Shown here: positions 13,431 to 27,200 of the stretch, piece by piece
Layout of the letters: each line of letters opens with the position of its first letter
Numbering within the stretch: the stretch's first letter is position 1
DNA from: Convolutriloba macropyga
Lineage: Eukaryota
Direction: 5' to 3'
Assembly (NCBI RefSeq): GCF_964194025.1
Contig: NC_134472.1
Coordinates: 28,086,001 to 28,150,000, forward strand
Length of the DNA stretch: 64,000 bases
The notes under the pieces: model-generated
Database searches by the model: none
What the model was told of the DNA's origin: nothing
The model's input: the letters and a program-made list of their open reading frames with translations, nothing else
Program-made: the position numbers and the translations under genes

Positions 13431-15317
13431 TTCTAGATCTAGGTTTTTTGTTTATTCAAAAAAGTTTTGGATTAGAATTCAGGACTTCTGCTGCTAAGTT
13501 TTCCCTAATTCATGATCTCACTGATTTTTGTAACAACCATTTGACCAGACGCCAGAGAGTCAAAGTGATGCTTCTTTGGGTAACATCTAACACTATGCAG
13601 ATGACTTCTTGTTTGTTGCTGACGACATGATTTACCTCACTGAAATGAATTCTGCACTCAATTATTCAATCCAAATTCAGGATTTAAGCTCTAAAACAAA
13701 GACCCCCCTAAGCTAGGTAATAATAAGGTGTGTTGCTTTGGTGTAGAAAAAATACACTTCTAATCAGAATCTCGTAATTTTAGATGTCAATTCTTTTTTG
13801 TTTTAGTCGCGATAGTTTTTTTTAAAAATTTGGGTCGTCACAGCTGTTTCTGGTTTATCCTTTTTAAACTTATTATCGATCATTTAGATAGCAAGCGAAA
13901 ATTAAAATGATTATATTTATCAAGTTAAATATTTAAAGACTTGTTGAAAATTTATCGGGATTCGGTTCATTAAATCGCACTCACTCTTCGAGTTCTGAGA
14001 TGATCATGAAAAACTACGATTACGATGACAAAAGTAATATTCAACATGACATAAGCCAGTTTTTCTTGATCATTAAATTTCACTCACCGAGCTCTGAGAT
14101 GATCATGAGAAATAATGATGGCAATTCAATTTCATTATATGCTATAGCTTTATTTGCATTGTTTTGCAAGCAAAAATTACGAGCAGTTCCTGCATAGCGA
14201 GTTTAAATGCTAAAACCCTTGGATTGATTCAACAATGGTTTGCGCTCGATGCTATAAATATTTTGTGTTCAAACATTAATTGGATAAATAGAGTAAAATG
14301 TATTTTCAACAAAAAACACTCTGTAATGTTTTTTAGTAAATGAGTTTTAGTAATAAAACAAATCCTTTTGTGTGGCTCCTTTGGCAGTCTTGGAAGTCGA
14401 CACTTTCGGTTTTCTCGTTGTTGTCACAAGAAGTTTTTTTCCTTTTCGAACTGAAACAATTGGCCTGTTGTATTTGGCATTCAAGGACCATTCTCCGCAT
14501 TCACAGTCCACCAATTTTTGCAAAAATATGTTAGATAAGAGTTACTCAGTGATACTAAAATTGATAGCCGTTATAGGAAACGTAATAAAACATGGTTGGT
14601 CTGGACACGATCTTGCAATTTTGACTCAAGATAACCATCAAGGTTTGTACAAGCTTGCAATATCTTGGTTGGGGGTATCAAGAAACAAGATCTTGGCTAG
14701 ATAACTGTTAAAACTAGCGTCTGAAAATTGGAGTTTTTGACACAAAATTCTTTCAGTAACTTGCGGTGCATTCGTTCAAATCGTAAAAAATAAAGATCAA
14801 TGAAAACATTTTAACCTTGATGTTACATAAATTCAGTGCTCTTAACAAGACATTAACCGTATAAATCATTAAAGATTCTTACTTGTACGTTCTAACATAC
14901 TATCCTATCATTAATTCTGGTACCCCTCCCCAAGTACGTTTAGCGGCCCCAACTTACAAGCTATGTATACTACATAGCAGATATCCATTATATGCGAAAA
15001 TACGCACTCACTAGGCTGGAGAGCCAGTGCCAAAAATTTAGCAAAGAAGAACTTTTGATTGTTGTTGTTGTTTTTCTGTCTATTGCTCTCGTTATATATG
15101 TATTGACCCCCCGCCCCAAAAAATAGTAATCTACTATATAAAAATTCCATTAGCTTCATTAGCCTGTACTAGGAAACAACTTTTACTTGAATTATGAATT
15201 CAGATTTGACACCTTATACATGTCATACGAGGTATCGACTGACACCTTATATTTGACTCAAATTTTTATTTCTCAAATTTTTATTAGAACTCAAATTTTT
15301 ATTTCGTAATAACTCAC

Positions 15318-15434
15318 CCTTCTTTTTCCCCATTCTTGCTTCTGTCTCTTTGATCTCGACAGGATCTGGGATCTCATCATCTAGCTGGTAGAGATGCGCT
15401 CTTATGATTTTTTCAGTATCCGTTTTGCTAACAC
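15318..15434 (-). CDS. Putative internal exon (117 bp, phase 1/1) of an unidentified spliced gene
   Basis: On the minus strand: acceptor ctgtttcag|, donor AAGG|gtgagt and an open frame (G)VSKTDTEKIIRAHLYQLDDEIPDPVEIKETEARMGKKK. Confidence 0.45.
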
Positions 15435-15984
15435 CTGAAACAGGTAAGCCTCAATCAACTCTAACTAAGCCAAAATTTTGGATCAATTTCTGTGTCACGG
15501 CTCTCATTATGTCGCCCATTTTTTAAGCCTAAGACTTTTGTCTCAAAATTATCTTTTTGCAAGCTGATCGAGTTAGTTCATTGTCAGAAATCGGATTTTA
15601 TTAATTTTAAGACAGTATATCCGAAGAATTCTGTTTTAAATTTTGGCATGACATACTACTTGAAATAAAGCGCTTAAGGTGTCATACAAAAAGTGGTCTA
15701 TAATTTTAATTATCGAGTTATTTCTTACTAAACTTAAATATTTTGCAGAGTTTTATTATTTATTCGGGGTTTTCGGATTTTATTTTGGCTTTGCTTCTTG
15801 CCAATCCAATCTTTGTGACTTTTTTCATTGAAATGTTAATCTGCTAAATATGCCTGGCATTGCATCGTCAAAAACAATAGAAAAACTAGAGCAACTGATT
15901 ACTGAAGAGATTTTTTCCGGCATCCCCTAGGAGACATGAGCATCGCAAATTAAGACATGATATTTTTGCCAAATGTAAGAAACC

Positions 15985-16144
15985 AGCCTGTCACTCCCAG
16001 CATAGTGTTGAGAGATTGTCGTCTGTTTCTACTGGCCTCCTCACTGTTTCCCTTCGCAATCGCTTTCTCCTTCTCTTTCTCATCGCTATTGATAGAGGAC
16101 GAAAGAGCAGCTGAGAACGAGGAGGCGTACCACGAAGCACTTGC
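15985..16144 (-). CDS. Putative exon of the same unidentified minus-strand gene (3' boundary uncertain)
   Basis: Strong acceptor tttttttgtcttttgtcgtag|G followed by a GC-richer open frame ASASWYASSFSAALSSSINSDEKEKEKAIAKGNSEEASRNRRQSLNTMLG. The donor site is not resolved. Confidence 0.3.
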
Positions 16145-19130
16145 CTACGACAAAAGACAAAAAAAATATGCGAAAAGTTAGATACTCAGAATCAGTTACC
16201 CCAATTTGCCAGAAAATTCTCTTTAAACCTCTACATCCTCATATAATTTTCTGGTCCAGTCTTCTTCCCAGCAGATCATATCTTCGTTCACTCTTTACTG
16301 GTTTGCACTCTATTATGGGTGTAAAACAATTTTCACCGTCTTCCAAACTTCGGTGGGTTTGATCTCTTTTTAATGCATTTATAGTATAGCTAGCTCATCG
16401 TATAAAAACTACAAGCCTTTTGCTGTTTTTAAAAACTTACATAAGCAAAATTTGTATTTTTGAACTGATGCAAACTTAGCATATTGATTGTTCTAACAAA
16501 TACCGTCGTTTTTGATTAGGTTAACAGCGCCAAATTATGAGGACAGAGGCGCCTCCTAATTTTGTATAGATTTTTTAACAATTTATTTTTTGTATTTCTG
16601 TTTTCCTGTGTCATGAAAAGTGCAAAAAAGGTGTTTTCAATGTAATAATAATTTTGCTTTAATAACTAAACATCAGTAAAGATTGATCAAATGTCAATTG
16701 AAAGACAACTGATATATTTCTGATATCGAAAGTGCTTTTTTGAGGACACAAGCTACGAAATTTTTGAAAGGCTTGATAAAGTAACTTTATAGAACATGGT
16801 TAATATTTCCATTCTTCAATAACAAAGTTACATAAATCTACAGTTTTTGAACAGCATTCAAACTCGAGTAACCGAAATCTCCTCAGAAGCCCATTGTCGT
16901 TATCCTTATCCCTATCTCCTTGGTTTTCTATGTAATATTAACTAATACTTGATTTTTTTGGTTTTTTGATACTTAAGTGGAAAAATTTCAAATACATATT
17001 TTCTGTGCCACAAATTTCTGACATCCAATAACAAAACTGCTCAGCAAAATCTAAAGAAACACGTCAAGCGTTTTTCGAGGACAAAAAAATCAAAATGCAA
17101 CTCTAAAGACAAGCTAATCAACTCTTTTTTTGCGAACTTTCACATTATATTTTTCTCTTTGGTTGACACAAACAAAGAATTGTTGTTACGAAAACAGTGC
17201 GACTAGATTTAAAAGCATTTTGTTTTCAAGTCTAACTCACTAAACGATCATAACTGAAATACAAAAAAGCGTCCCTTCTAAACAATTTTAAAAAGGAGCA
17301 TCATTTCGAAAATCGCCAAAATTTTTGAGCTCAAATTGTTTTCAAAAAATTAAAGAATGACAGTCAATGCATTTAATTCGCTGCGACACGTTATTGGTTT
17401 TTGCTGACCACTTATATTCAAAGACGGTGGCTTAATATGAGAGTTAATTTTATGACCTGACGTTGATTGGTAGAACACTCGTGTCTTTTTTTAAAAATAA
17501 CCCATTGTGCGAAAAATTGGCAGATTAAATTTTTAAAATTTTTTAAATGGTTTATCCGGAGGAATACGTAACAAGTATCTATATCTTCTTCAAGATTTCA
17601 AAAGAGGAAATCTATTTGAATGTTCTTCTAAATAGGGTAGAATTTGGTCGTATTTAGTTCATCTGCTATAAACTTAGATAACAACATAATTACAATGCTC
17701 TTTTGGAAGCAGTATAATTTAGATAAAAATATATTGTACCAGAAGATATTGTAGAGAATATTTTAAGAAAATGTTCATCTAATATTTACGTATTCTGTTG
17801 AACAACTCGAAAGTAACCGTCAAGAAGTTTAAGTTTAAGTTACCGTCAAGAAAAAATAGATCAATTTTGAATCTTTTGTTATATTAAAATGTTATCAGTG
17901 TCCTCTTCCACCTAACAGCTTCATTTTCATTTTAATTGCATGTGAACTCTTATTGTAAGTGGTAGATTATTTAAATCAATATCTCTAATTTTACACTAAA
18001 CATGAAATTTTAAATATTGAATTCAATGATTCAATTCTTCAAGTTTTCACCGAGAAACGAGAACTGGATTTAAAAACGTTTGACTTGAACTGGCATCAAG
18101 TGAGTAGAACTAAGCCAAGGAATCTAATACAAACTGTGATAAAATCAATCGGTGTAAATAATGCAGAGAAGAAAATTTTTTTCTGAACCTAGGTTATGCC
18201 TTCACTTTAATTTTGCCTCAAAAATGAATCAAATGAAAAGGACTCTATTCGAAATGGTTTTAAAAGATTTTAATCGAAAGATGCCTTGAAGAGCTTCTCA
18301 AAAAGTTTTTCCAATTTTTTTTCCAAATAATTTAAACAAAAAAAGAGATCCTTCCAGTCTGATAATGAGCATTAACATTCACGAAAAAATAGTTTTTGAA
18401 TTTAAAATGATTAAAGTTTTCCGAGTTCTCATTGCTCTTTTTCCTCAATTGTTTGTACTTTATATATGATAATTACAGAACTCGTTTCGTTTATTTAGCT
18501 AGATAATATTCGTAGCGTTTGTTAAAAACAATGATGTTTACTTTTTTTGATGACATTTACTTCTTTTGATCCTCTCGTTATTGCCCCCTTACCATATGCA
18601 CCCCTCTCCCCATTGCAGAATGCGCGCAATTACAAATTAAATTATTGTAAAAAAAAGTATCTGTATCACCTGCGCTTGGAGGTTTTTAATCATATGAGCT
18701 CACCACGCGTTGGGAGGGGGAATGCATCGTATTCCCCCATTTTGTTAAAATGAGAAAAATCGAGAAACATGATTTTTTTTAAAGAAAAGTCAGTTTTTTT
18801 AAATTTTTCTTCGAGAAATTTAGAAAATGGAAATGGAAAATGAAATCAAGAATTGATTCTGTTTGAGATATAAGCTTGTATGGTTAAAACAATAATTAGG
18901 ATTGAGCGATCAATAAATCAATGAGCTTCAGCTTGACGTCAATTACGTTCAATTACTGTCAAGGCTCCTTTTCCATGAGAAAAAGAGTGATTTTTCTCTT
19001 TCTAATTACACATTTCCAGTTCTTCATTTAATAGCCCTCATTGAGAGATCGGCCATATGAAAAAAAAATAACAGAAAGTTCGGGTTAGAGTAAATTGCCT
19101 ATTTTTATTGCATAGTTGTAACTTCGGCAC

Positions 19131-19505
19131 GGTTACGTGACAATTCGCTCAATTCCTTATATACCAATTCTATTTATTATACCAATTATACCATTTAATC
19201 CAGTTCCATTATACCCAACTGGCTATTTTTTACCTAATACAGTTTGATGTTTTAGTTCAATAATTCGGTTGCAAACTAGCAGGTCGCCATTACAAGGATG
19301 TTTGAGCATACTTGAGCGGATAATTTGGTCTCATGTTCGGTTGTGAGGCTATGGCCATTAGATATTACAACGCTAATTAGTCGTTCTGGTAAATTTAACG
19401 ATAGGGCAAAACAAAATTGGCATGGGTAAAATGACATTGATGAAAATGGCAGGTTGGGTGTAATGGCATTGGGTAAAATGGAATTGAGTAAATTGTCCTG
19501 ACACC
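19131..19505. mobile_element. Foldback/MITE-like element with long imperfect TIRs built of short subrepeats
   Basis: Left end ggttacgtgacaattcgctcaattcc...ccattatacccaactggctatttt matches the reverse complement of the right end, ggtgtcaggacaatttactcaattcc...ccattacacccaacctgccatttt. No clean TSD. Confidence 0.7.
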
Positions 19506-19564
19506 TCCAACGCCGAAGGTCTCATGCATCGACTCACGGCTTTCTCATACCCAATATCCGTTCA

Positions 19565-19958
19565 GGTGGCCGCCGTATTGGCCGACAGGGCGTTTAGCCG
19601 ACAACCAAAAAATTTAACCGACAATTTATGGAAAATGAGCAATAAAGCTCATTCTAAAGCTGTGATTGGCCAATTTAAAACACTTTCGTAAGCGGACAAA
19701 TACACCGCAGTTTTTTCATCAACTAGTGTAACGAAGGTCTATCCGTGGTCGGACCGTATTTAACCACATCTGGCCATGCCTCGCGGGCCATGGCCATGCC
19801 TCAGCGGCCCGTGGGACTTGATATGAATCTATCACAACCGAACTACTGATTTATGGACCAATTATGGACTTTTATTACCAATTATGATAAATCTGTCGGC
19901 TAAATTTCTCATTTTTTCCTTGTCGGCTAACGCCCCGTCGGCCAATTTTCCTAGCACC
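19565..19958. mobile_element. Mutator(MULE)-type MITE with a 9-bp TSD
   Basis: TIRs ggtg...attggccgacagggcgtttagccgacaa / ttgtcggctaacgccccgtcggccaat...cacc. Perfect flanking direct repeat ATCCGTTCA at 19556-19564 and 19959-19967. Confidence 0.88.
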
Positions 19959-20144
19959 ATCCGTTCAACACGGTCTCTTCATAGCTAATATTTGTCGCAT
20001 TAAAGGCATGTTTTGTCATAATTAAGTAGATAATTTAATCCAACGTTCGGTTGTGATAGTTTCATACCACGTCCCACGGGCCGCTGAGGCATGGCCAAAT
20101 GATTATATTGCTAATTTAATAATCCTGATTTTATAGAAAGATTA

Positions 20145-20261
20145 AAATCGGGGAGAAATGATAGAGGGATTAAAAGATAGAGGGGATAAATGATACAGGG
20201 GTGAATAAAGCGGGGTTAAATGATAGGGGGTTAAATGAATAGGGGTGAAAAGCGGGACACC
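20145..20261. repeat. Orphan foldback-type terminal arm (ggggttaaatgata-like subrepeats ending in gacacc)
   Basis: About 7 degenerate ~15-bp repeats ending in the same GACACC terminus as the 19131-19505 element. No partner arm was seen. Confidence 0.45.
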
Positions 20262-20326
20262 TTATAAATCGACCCCCGTTCATTTATTGGACAAAATTGA
20301 CAAAATCATGTGATTGCTGTAATTAC

Positions 20327-20503
20327 CTTAATCTGTTTCATCCGGTTGTCCTTAGAAAGCCAGTCATTTGTAGTGGTGACTTTATTCCACTGAGGTAGTT
20401 TGGCATTTTCTGCATCCAGTGTATTGCTATAGTGATAATGAAACATCTGGGCAAGGTTGCGGGGACCTTTGGGTGGCTGCTCCGTACTCGTCTCTGCAGC
20501 CAT
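20327..20503 (-). CDS. Putative first coding exon of an unidentified minus-strand gene
   Basis: ATG at 20503 opens 59 codons, MAAETSTEQPPKGPRNLAQMF...RMKQIK, ending exactly at the donor AAG|gtaatt. GC content is higher than in the flanks. Confidence 0.4.
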
Positions 20504-21539
20504 ATTGTTATAACTTTAGGCTATCAATTATAACTAGCAAATTAAACCCCTTCGTGGACGTTTAAGACCTCTGAGTTTACAAGTATGACAAAAGAATTAT
20601 GCTCAAAGCAGTGTAGAATGTCAAACATGAATTTTTCTCAAATGCTGACAACTGAGACGCGTTTATTTTTCAATAAAAAGTGGTTGGTCCCATTCTACGA
20701 TGTGAAAGGTTTGAAATCTTGATTGATCTAACTATGCGAGTTATAATCAAATTAACAAAATGCTTCACTGCTGTTTTTGTTTGAGAGATTTTAAATCGGT
20801 TTGAGTGGTTTAAGTCACGTTTTGTTGAAGTTTATTCAAAGTGTGGCTGCTGCGAAAATGGTAAATTAACTATAATGATAAAGCACTTACAATTCTTGAA
20901 CGCTTGAAAAGACTTAAAAGCTATAAAATCCTCCAGGCATTATGGAAGAATTGCCGCGGTCAGCTTCTGAAAATCAAAATAAAACTTATGAATTGACCGC
21001 AACTTTGCAGCCAAATATCATCTGTTTTAAACGTAGGAAACAGTTGGTATGGTATATTCGGTTATAGACAAAAGCGACGAAAACCATTATAATATTGTGT
21101 CGGCATTGTCCGTATGTTCGGATATCGAACATCGATGTTGACCACGAAGACAAGCAATTCAAAACCTCTCTTAGTTTGAAACCAAAGAACTCTCTCAAAA
21201 AGAAAATGTCTTTTTCCGGTTTTTTGTACAAGTTGAAAAAAATGATACGCCCAAGTTTTCTAGCTTGAGATATTCCTTCCACGTTCATTTTTTTTGACGC
21301 AGTTCTTGTCATAACGCCAGAACAATATATACTAATTATGAGGTCTTCGGCCCCCAACGGGTCATAGACAGGCAGGGGATAGACAGGGCATGGACCAGGG
21401 CATAGACAGACACACCGAATGTCAGGTATGGACCAATGAAACAGACTTTGATTACACTTGGCCAGACCGAACAGACATTGGTCACCCAGGGCAAAACCGA
21501 ACAGTCCCGATATCGGTTTGCTGCATTCTCTTCATAGCT

Positions 21540-21710
21540 NNNNNNNNNNNNNNNNNNNNNNNNNNNNNNNNNNNNNNNNNNNNNNNNNNNNNNNNNNNNN
21601 NNNNNNNNNNNNNNNNNNNNNNNNNNNNNNNNNNNNNNNNNNNNNNNNNNNNNNNNNNNNNNNNNNNNNNNNNNNNNNNNNNNNNNNNNNNNNNNNNNNN
21701 NNNNNNNNNN
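21540..21710. other. Assembly gap (171 N)
   Basis: Run of N. Confidence 1.
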
Positions 21711-22283
21711 GCTCCAATTTGCGGGATATTTGCGCTTACTGCCGTTTTTAACTAATTGCTTTTGTATAATAATAAAAATAGATATAATAATAGTATGACT
21801 GCCTATCCACAATTTGTTTGTGGTGCTGTGACCTTTCTTTGTCTACGCCATGATAGGTGACATGCAGTCCCCGGGTTAACGGACCAGGAGTGGCATCGTC
21901 ACCATCAGCATCGTAGTGGATAAAACAGCTTAAAGAAGACAATGGATAGTTACTGATGCAAAATTTGATTTCTTTTAGTTTTTCGCTGTTCGAACTTTTG
22001 CATTTATAATAGTGCGTGGGGCTAATTTTTTAAATCATATTTACTACACCTTAGATAATACATGACGTTAGCAATAAATGGTGGCTGTATTTTTATATCA
22101 TCTCTCTTTTGTGTTCTCTATATAAGCATCTTCCCATATTTACACATTCGACGAGAGCTCATAAAGTTTTTGAACATCGAGATTTTCGTTAATATGTTAT
22201 AACATTTTAGGTAACTGGCATTTCAATTCATGAATTGCGCTGCATTTTGATATGTTAGAGTTATAATAGATTGCACTTGGCTA

Positions 22284-22768
22284 CCCGGTTCGAGACTTTT
22301 GGGTTAATTTTTGTTAGAAATGCGGTGAATTTGATGAATTTCTGTAAGAAATGCGGTGAATGCGGCGAATTTTTGAAAGAAAAGCAGTAATTGCGGTGAA
22401 AAAAATGCACCGCATTTCACCACATTTATTGTCTAAAAATTCACCACGAAATTCACTGCATTTTTAAAAAAAAAAATTCAGCGCATAGACGTCTGTTGCA
22501 AATTAGTGAAAGGTAGCGGTGATTACTTTTTTTTTCACCGCGTTCTCTTTTCGTTGAATTTTTTCACCGCTAGATGCGTTGAAAAAGAAATTTATCAGAT
22601 CAAGCGGTAAAAAAAATAATTCACCGCTACCGAGAGCGCGGTGAAAACGTACCCCACCGCGATTCACCGCATTCACCGCAAAAAGATGTAAGAAACACGC
22701 TGTAAAAATTTTTTTTTCAACTCATTTCACCGCGTTTACGAAAATTCATCCCCAAACCTCGACCTGGG
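22284..22768. mobile_element. MITE with TA TSD and internal inverted gcggtgaa/ttcaccgc arrays
   Basis: TA|cccggttcgagacttttggg ... ccccaaacctcgacctggg|TA, with many gcggtgaa(t) and ttcaccgc motifs inside. Confidence 0.75.
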
Positions 22769-22927
22769 TAGATCAACCATTAATTGCCTGTAGTTCACCA
22801 AAGTTCAGTTTAATTGTATTAACCTACGAAAAAGCACCTCAAGCAAAGTTGCATAGCAGAGCAAATGTTCCAGTGTATTTCAGGAGCTTTTATAATAGGA
22901 AGTGAATTTTAGACCCATGTCTTCGAA

Positions 22928-23125
22928 CACGGGTCGAGGAATTCGTCAAAATGTATGTAAAAAATGCGCTGACAATCGCTGAAAAAAAAAGTATTTTTCA
23001 GCGAATAAATCTTACATATTAATCCACTTAATCTGCTGAATTTTCAGCACATTTCTTACATAATTTCAGCATTTTTCAGCACATTAAGCGGATAATTATG
23101 TAAGATTAATCCGCTGAAAAATATT
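22928..23125. mobile_element. Truncated MITE relative with a ~40-bp inverted repeat
   Basis: cacgggtcgagg resembles the TIR of the preceding MITE. tatttttcagcgaataaatcttacatattaatccacttaat (22992) is mirrored by attaagcggataattatgtaagattaatccgctgaaaaata (ends ~23123). Confidence 0.55.
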
Positions 23126-24269
23126 CTTAAGGTAAGGTCCTCTACCCAGGGTATTCATTTTGGACCGTTAATTGTACGTGTATTTTCAGTCTATACTATT
23201 TCATTTTAAAATATTCTTTTTGCTCTCCGTATTTTAGGAAATTACCAAAAAGGCATAAATTGATTGGGTAGATATGCCACTTGAGAGCTCATCGTCGCGT
23301 TCATCCGACGACCTATGGAATTGAGTTATAACCTGTTCGATTTCGCATCGATCGACTTATTTGAGGTCCTGAGTTGCACTTGTTGCGGTACCTCTGGCAT
23401 CTGATTTAATATGGACAGGAGACACTATCGGTAACTATTAATCAGAGCATCACATCATATTTTTAAAATGCGATCGACATTTTGAGAACCATTCGACGAA
23501 ATTGCAAAACTTGACGTTCTATATCACTTATTGTAATTTTTCTTATACCCTGGTAAATATTATTTCAGTCAATATACATGCTTTTTATATCATTTTGACT
23601 AACGTGGATCACACGTTTCCGGTTGGGTCACACTGAGCAAGTCCCTGGCCCAGAGGGTGACATAATATTTTTGAAGTACAATCAACTTTTGGTTAACATT
23701 CAACAAAGTGTCTTCTTTTGTGTCTTCTTGAGTCTTTTCATAGCTTGAAAGAAGCATAACTTCAACGAAGTTGGATTATGAATTTTTTCTCATAAGTTGA
23801 CAGAGCGAAAGTCTGGATCACATAGAATTTTGGTCTGGACCGGTCTGTTCATTAGAAATTTTGAACTTGCGCATGAACGCACTGAAACTTTGAACGAGCG
23901 AAACTCTGGATCACAGGTGATTTCAATCTGCATGGGTATTTCTATAAGCAAAAGGGATCGGTAGGGGTAGTTTCGTAAGTCGTTTTAAGAACTTGGGAAA
24001 GCTTAAATTCTTCTTGAACGTACTGCTCAACTTCTGGACTGTTTTGCTAGGCCTCTGTCGTCAAGTTTTTGGGGTGAGGGTTTCTTTTTCCTATCTACTG
24101 AGCAGCGTACTGTTGCGTTTGGGGAATAGCGTTCTTCAACACTTTCAACCCATAGCAAAAAGCATGATTTTTCCATTCGCATAAAGCATAATTTTTTAAA
24201 CGTGGCTCTTTTGTTTCTTTTTTTCCAGCGAACATATGGCCACTTACTGTAGAAAACTCGTGACATTTG

Positions 24270-27200
24270 TAGGATAGACGATTACCACCCGGAACCGGCC
24301 TCTGATCACACCATCTCCAGACAGAAAAGACCTCTGATCATATTCTCGTGCGCTTGAAAGGGCCCTATGGTCAGATCATTAACACCGTGTGCCTTGGACT
24401 TGGTCTGATCAGCCTGGGTAACACAATAAGTTGTGTAATTCTTAATAATAATTTATCTGGGACTTTCGTTACTGACGAATTACTGGTGCTTTTTGGTGCT
24501 TTTTATGAAGGTTGCCGCTCAATTGCTTAATAAAGGATGATTTCGCGCCAATTTTTTTTTACTTTTTTAAAATTTGAAGTTGGGCTTGCTAGGATGGTGT
24601 TGTTTTGGCTAAAAAATTAGAATTTTTGTTGCCGAAAAGGCATGATTACACTTGGTATAAGGGAAACCTCCCAAGATTGAATATTTGAATAGAATTGCGA
24701 TCAAATATTTTGTGCTTGTCTAATTGGCTGAGTTGTTCGCTGCATTTTCTAGAATAATTTTGTTGTCGAGAAGTCCTTGATCGCGAGCTTTCTGTTGTGT
24801 GTTCTTTCACATTTTTGTTCATTTGGAAGCAAAACTGTTTCAACCCTGCACAAATTTGGAAATAACCTTCTTTTAGCCCTGCTCATATTTAGGATGGAGA
24901 TTTACCTATTCATAATTCCGCAGAAGTTCCTAGAAGAAATCCTTAGAATGAAGAAACAGCTGGGCGGTGTATTAACTTCACAAACCTACTGCTCTTAATT
25001 AGACTGAAGGGTCAAACGAATGTTTTTACCAATGGGATAAATTGGTGACTCTAAGATCGAGATTTATACCAGGTCCTCAATTCAACTAGCCGATCGATCA
25101 CCCAATACACACTTAAACAGGATAGTAGATGGCGTCAAGAACTCGTCGGTGTGCACTCTCCAACCCAACCAGACGAGTAATAACCAAATTAATAGAACGA
25201 AGAGACCTTTGATCATACTGTAATGCACTCGAAAGTGACAACTGATCAGACTCTCCCAGGCGAAATTGATCTCTGATCAGACCATAACCACCCAGAAGTG
25301 ACCTTTAATCAGACCACCCCAGACTGAATTGATTTCTGATTGTACTTAAGTGCGCTCGAATCAAATTCCAGAACCTATAATTTTGGTCTGACAACACACT
25401 GTGTGCATTGAATTGGTCGTATTGGAGGTCTCTTCCGGATTGCACATCAACCTTCGTAACACTCTTAGCTGCGTAATTCTTCAGACCAAATTTGCTGTGA
25501 CGTTCTTTACTGACGAGTTACTGGTATTCTTGATGCTTTTTACTAAGATTAACGTTCAATTGCTTGATAAGGGTGGATTTCGCTCCAAATTTTTGACGTT
25601 GCTTTCAATTTTTGACGTTCAGTTTGCTGAGAAGGTGTTGTTGTTTATGCTAGGTAATTTTTGTTTTTGTTGAAGAAAAAGGCATGACTCAACTTGGTAT
25701 AAAGGAAAGCTCCCAAGATCGAATATTTGAACAAAATTGCGATCAAAAATTTTTTGCTAGTCTGTTTAGCTAAGTTATTTGCTGCCTTTTCTAACTCAAA
25801 CCTGTTGTCCAGAAACCCTTGATTGCGAGCATTCTGGTGTGTAATGGCTCAATTCGGACATTTTGATTCATTTGGAAACAACATTGTTCTAAACCTGCTT
25901 GAAGATGGAAACAACTATGTTCTAACCCTGCTCTTGTTAAGGATGAAGTTTTACAGTATTCAGAAATCCACAAGTGCTACTGGAATAAACACTTAGATGG
26001 AAAAAACTACTGAAAGGAATAGTAACTTCAAAAACCTACTGCTCTTGATTAGACTAAATGGCCATACCACGCCTTTTGTTCAAACCCTAAAAAATTGTTT
26101 TCAGGAGCTAAAAAACTATACTCAAATACAAAAAAATGATTTCAGAATATGTTTGAAAGGCCTCTCTATGTTATATGATTTTTTAAATCATAAGAAATGT
26201 TCTAATAAAAAAAAGGATAAATCTGGTGACTCTAAGACTGAAATTTATTCCAGGTCCTTAATTCAACTAACTAATTAACCGATCAACCAATATAATTAAA
26301 CAAGATAGTAGATGGTGTCAAGAGCTTGTCGGTTTTCACTCTATAACCCAGCCATACGAGTATTAACCAAATACATTTATAGTACTTTAAGATATTGCCC
26401 TTCAGCTACTTCATGTTAATGTAGACCGCTTTAATTGTCTACTTGGTTCTACATTGAAAACTTCCTGGGTTGACTTTACTCTTCAAATCTTCTACGGGCA
26501 GGCAGCCCTGCCCTCAAATTGGTTTCCTTATGCAGTCTCCTTCAAGATGTTGTATGACCGACCTCTGATCAGACGATCTCCAGACCGAAGAGATCTCTGA
26601 TCGTTCTCTCGTGCGCTTGAAAACGCCCTATGATCAGATCATTACCGTCCGGAAGTGACCTCTGATTAGAACATCCTCAGAACGGAGTGAGCTACGATCA
26701 TACTGTAATGCACGTGAAATTGGCCCCTGATCATACTGAAAAGCGCTCGAAGTTCAGCCGTGATCAGACTCTCCCAGACGAAAATGATCTCAGATAAGAG
26801 CATTACCATCCGGAATTGACCTTTAATCAGACAATCCCCAGACGGAATTGACCTCTGGTTAACTTAAGTGCGCTCAAACCAAAATTCAGAACCTGTAATT
26901 TTGGTCTGAGATTACACCGTGTGCAGTGAACTGTTCTGATTAGAGTTCTCTTCCGGATTGCACCTCAACCTTCGTAACACTCTTAGTTGCGTCAAAATTA
27001 AGAAACATTTTCTGGGATGTCCTTTACTGACAAACTACTGGTATTTTTGATGCTTTTTACGAAGATAGCCGATCAATTGCTAAATAAGGAATGTTTTTGC
27101 GCCCATTTTTTTAAACATTGCTTTCAAATTTTGACGTTCGGATTGCTAGAAAGGTGTTATTTTGGCTAGGTAATTATAGTTTATGTTGCCCAAAAAAGGA

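Noticed and set aside
21336-21812. Several ORFs spanning 21.3-21.8 kb
   Set aside because: Their length comes from the N gap and no motif is recognisable
23144-23555. Possible MITE bounded by ccagggtat/ataccctgg
   Set aside because: Only ~9-bp inverted match, not enough support
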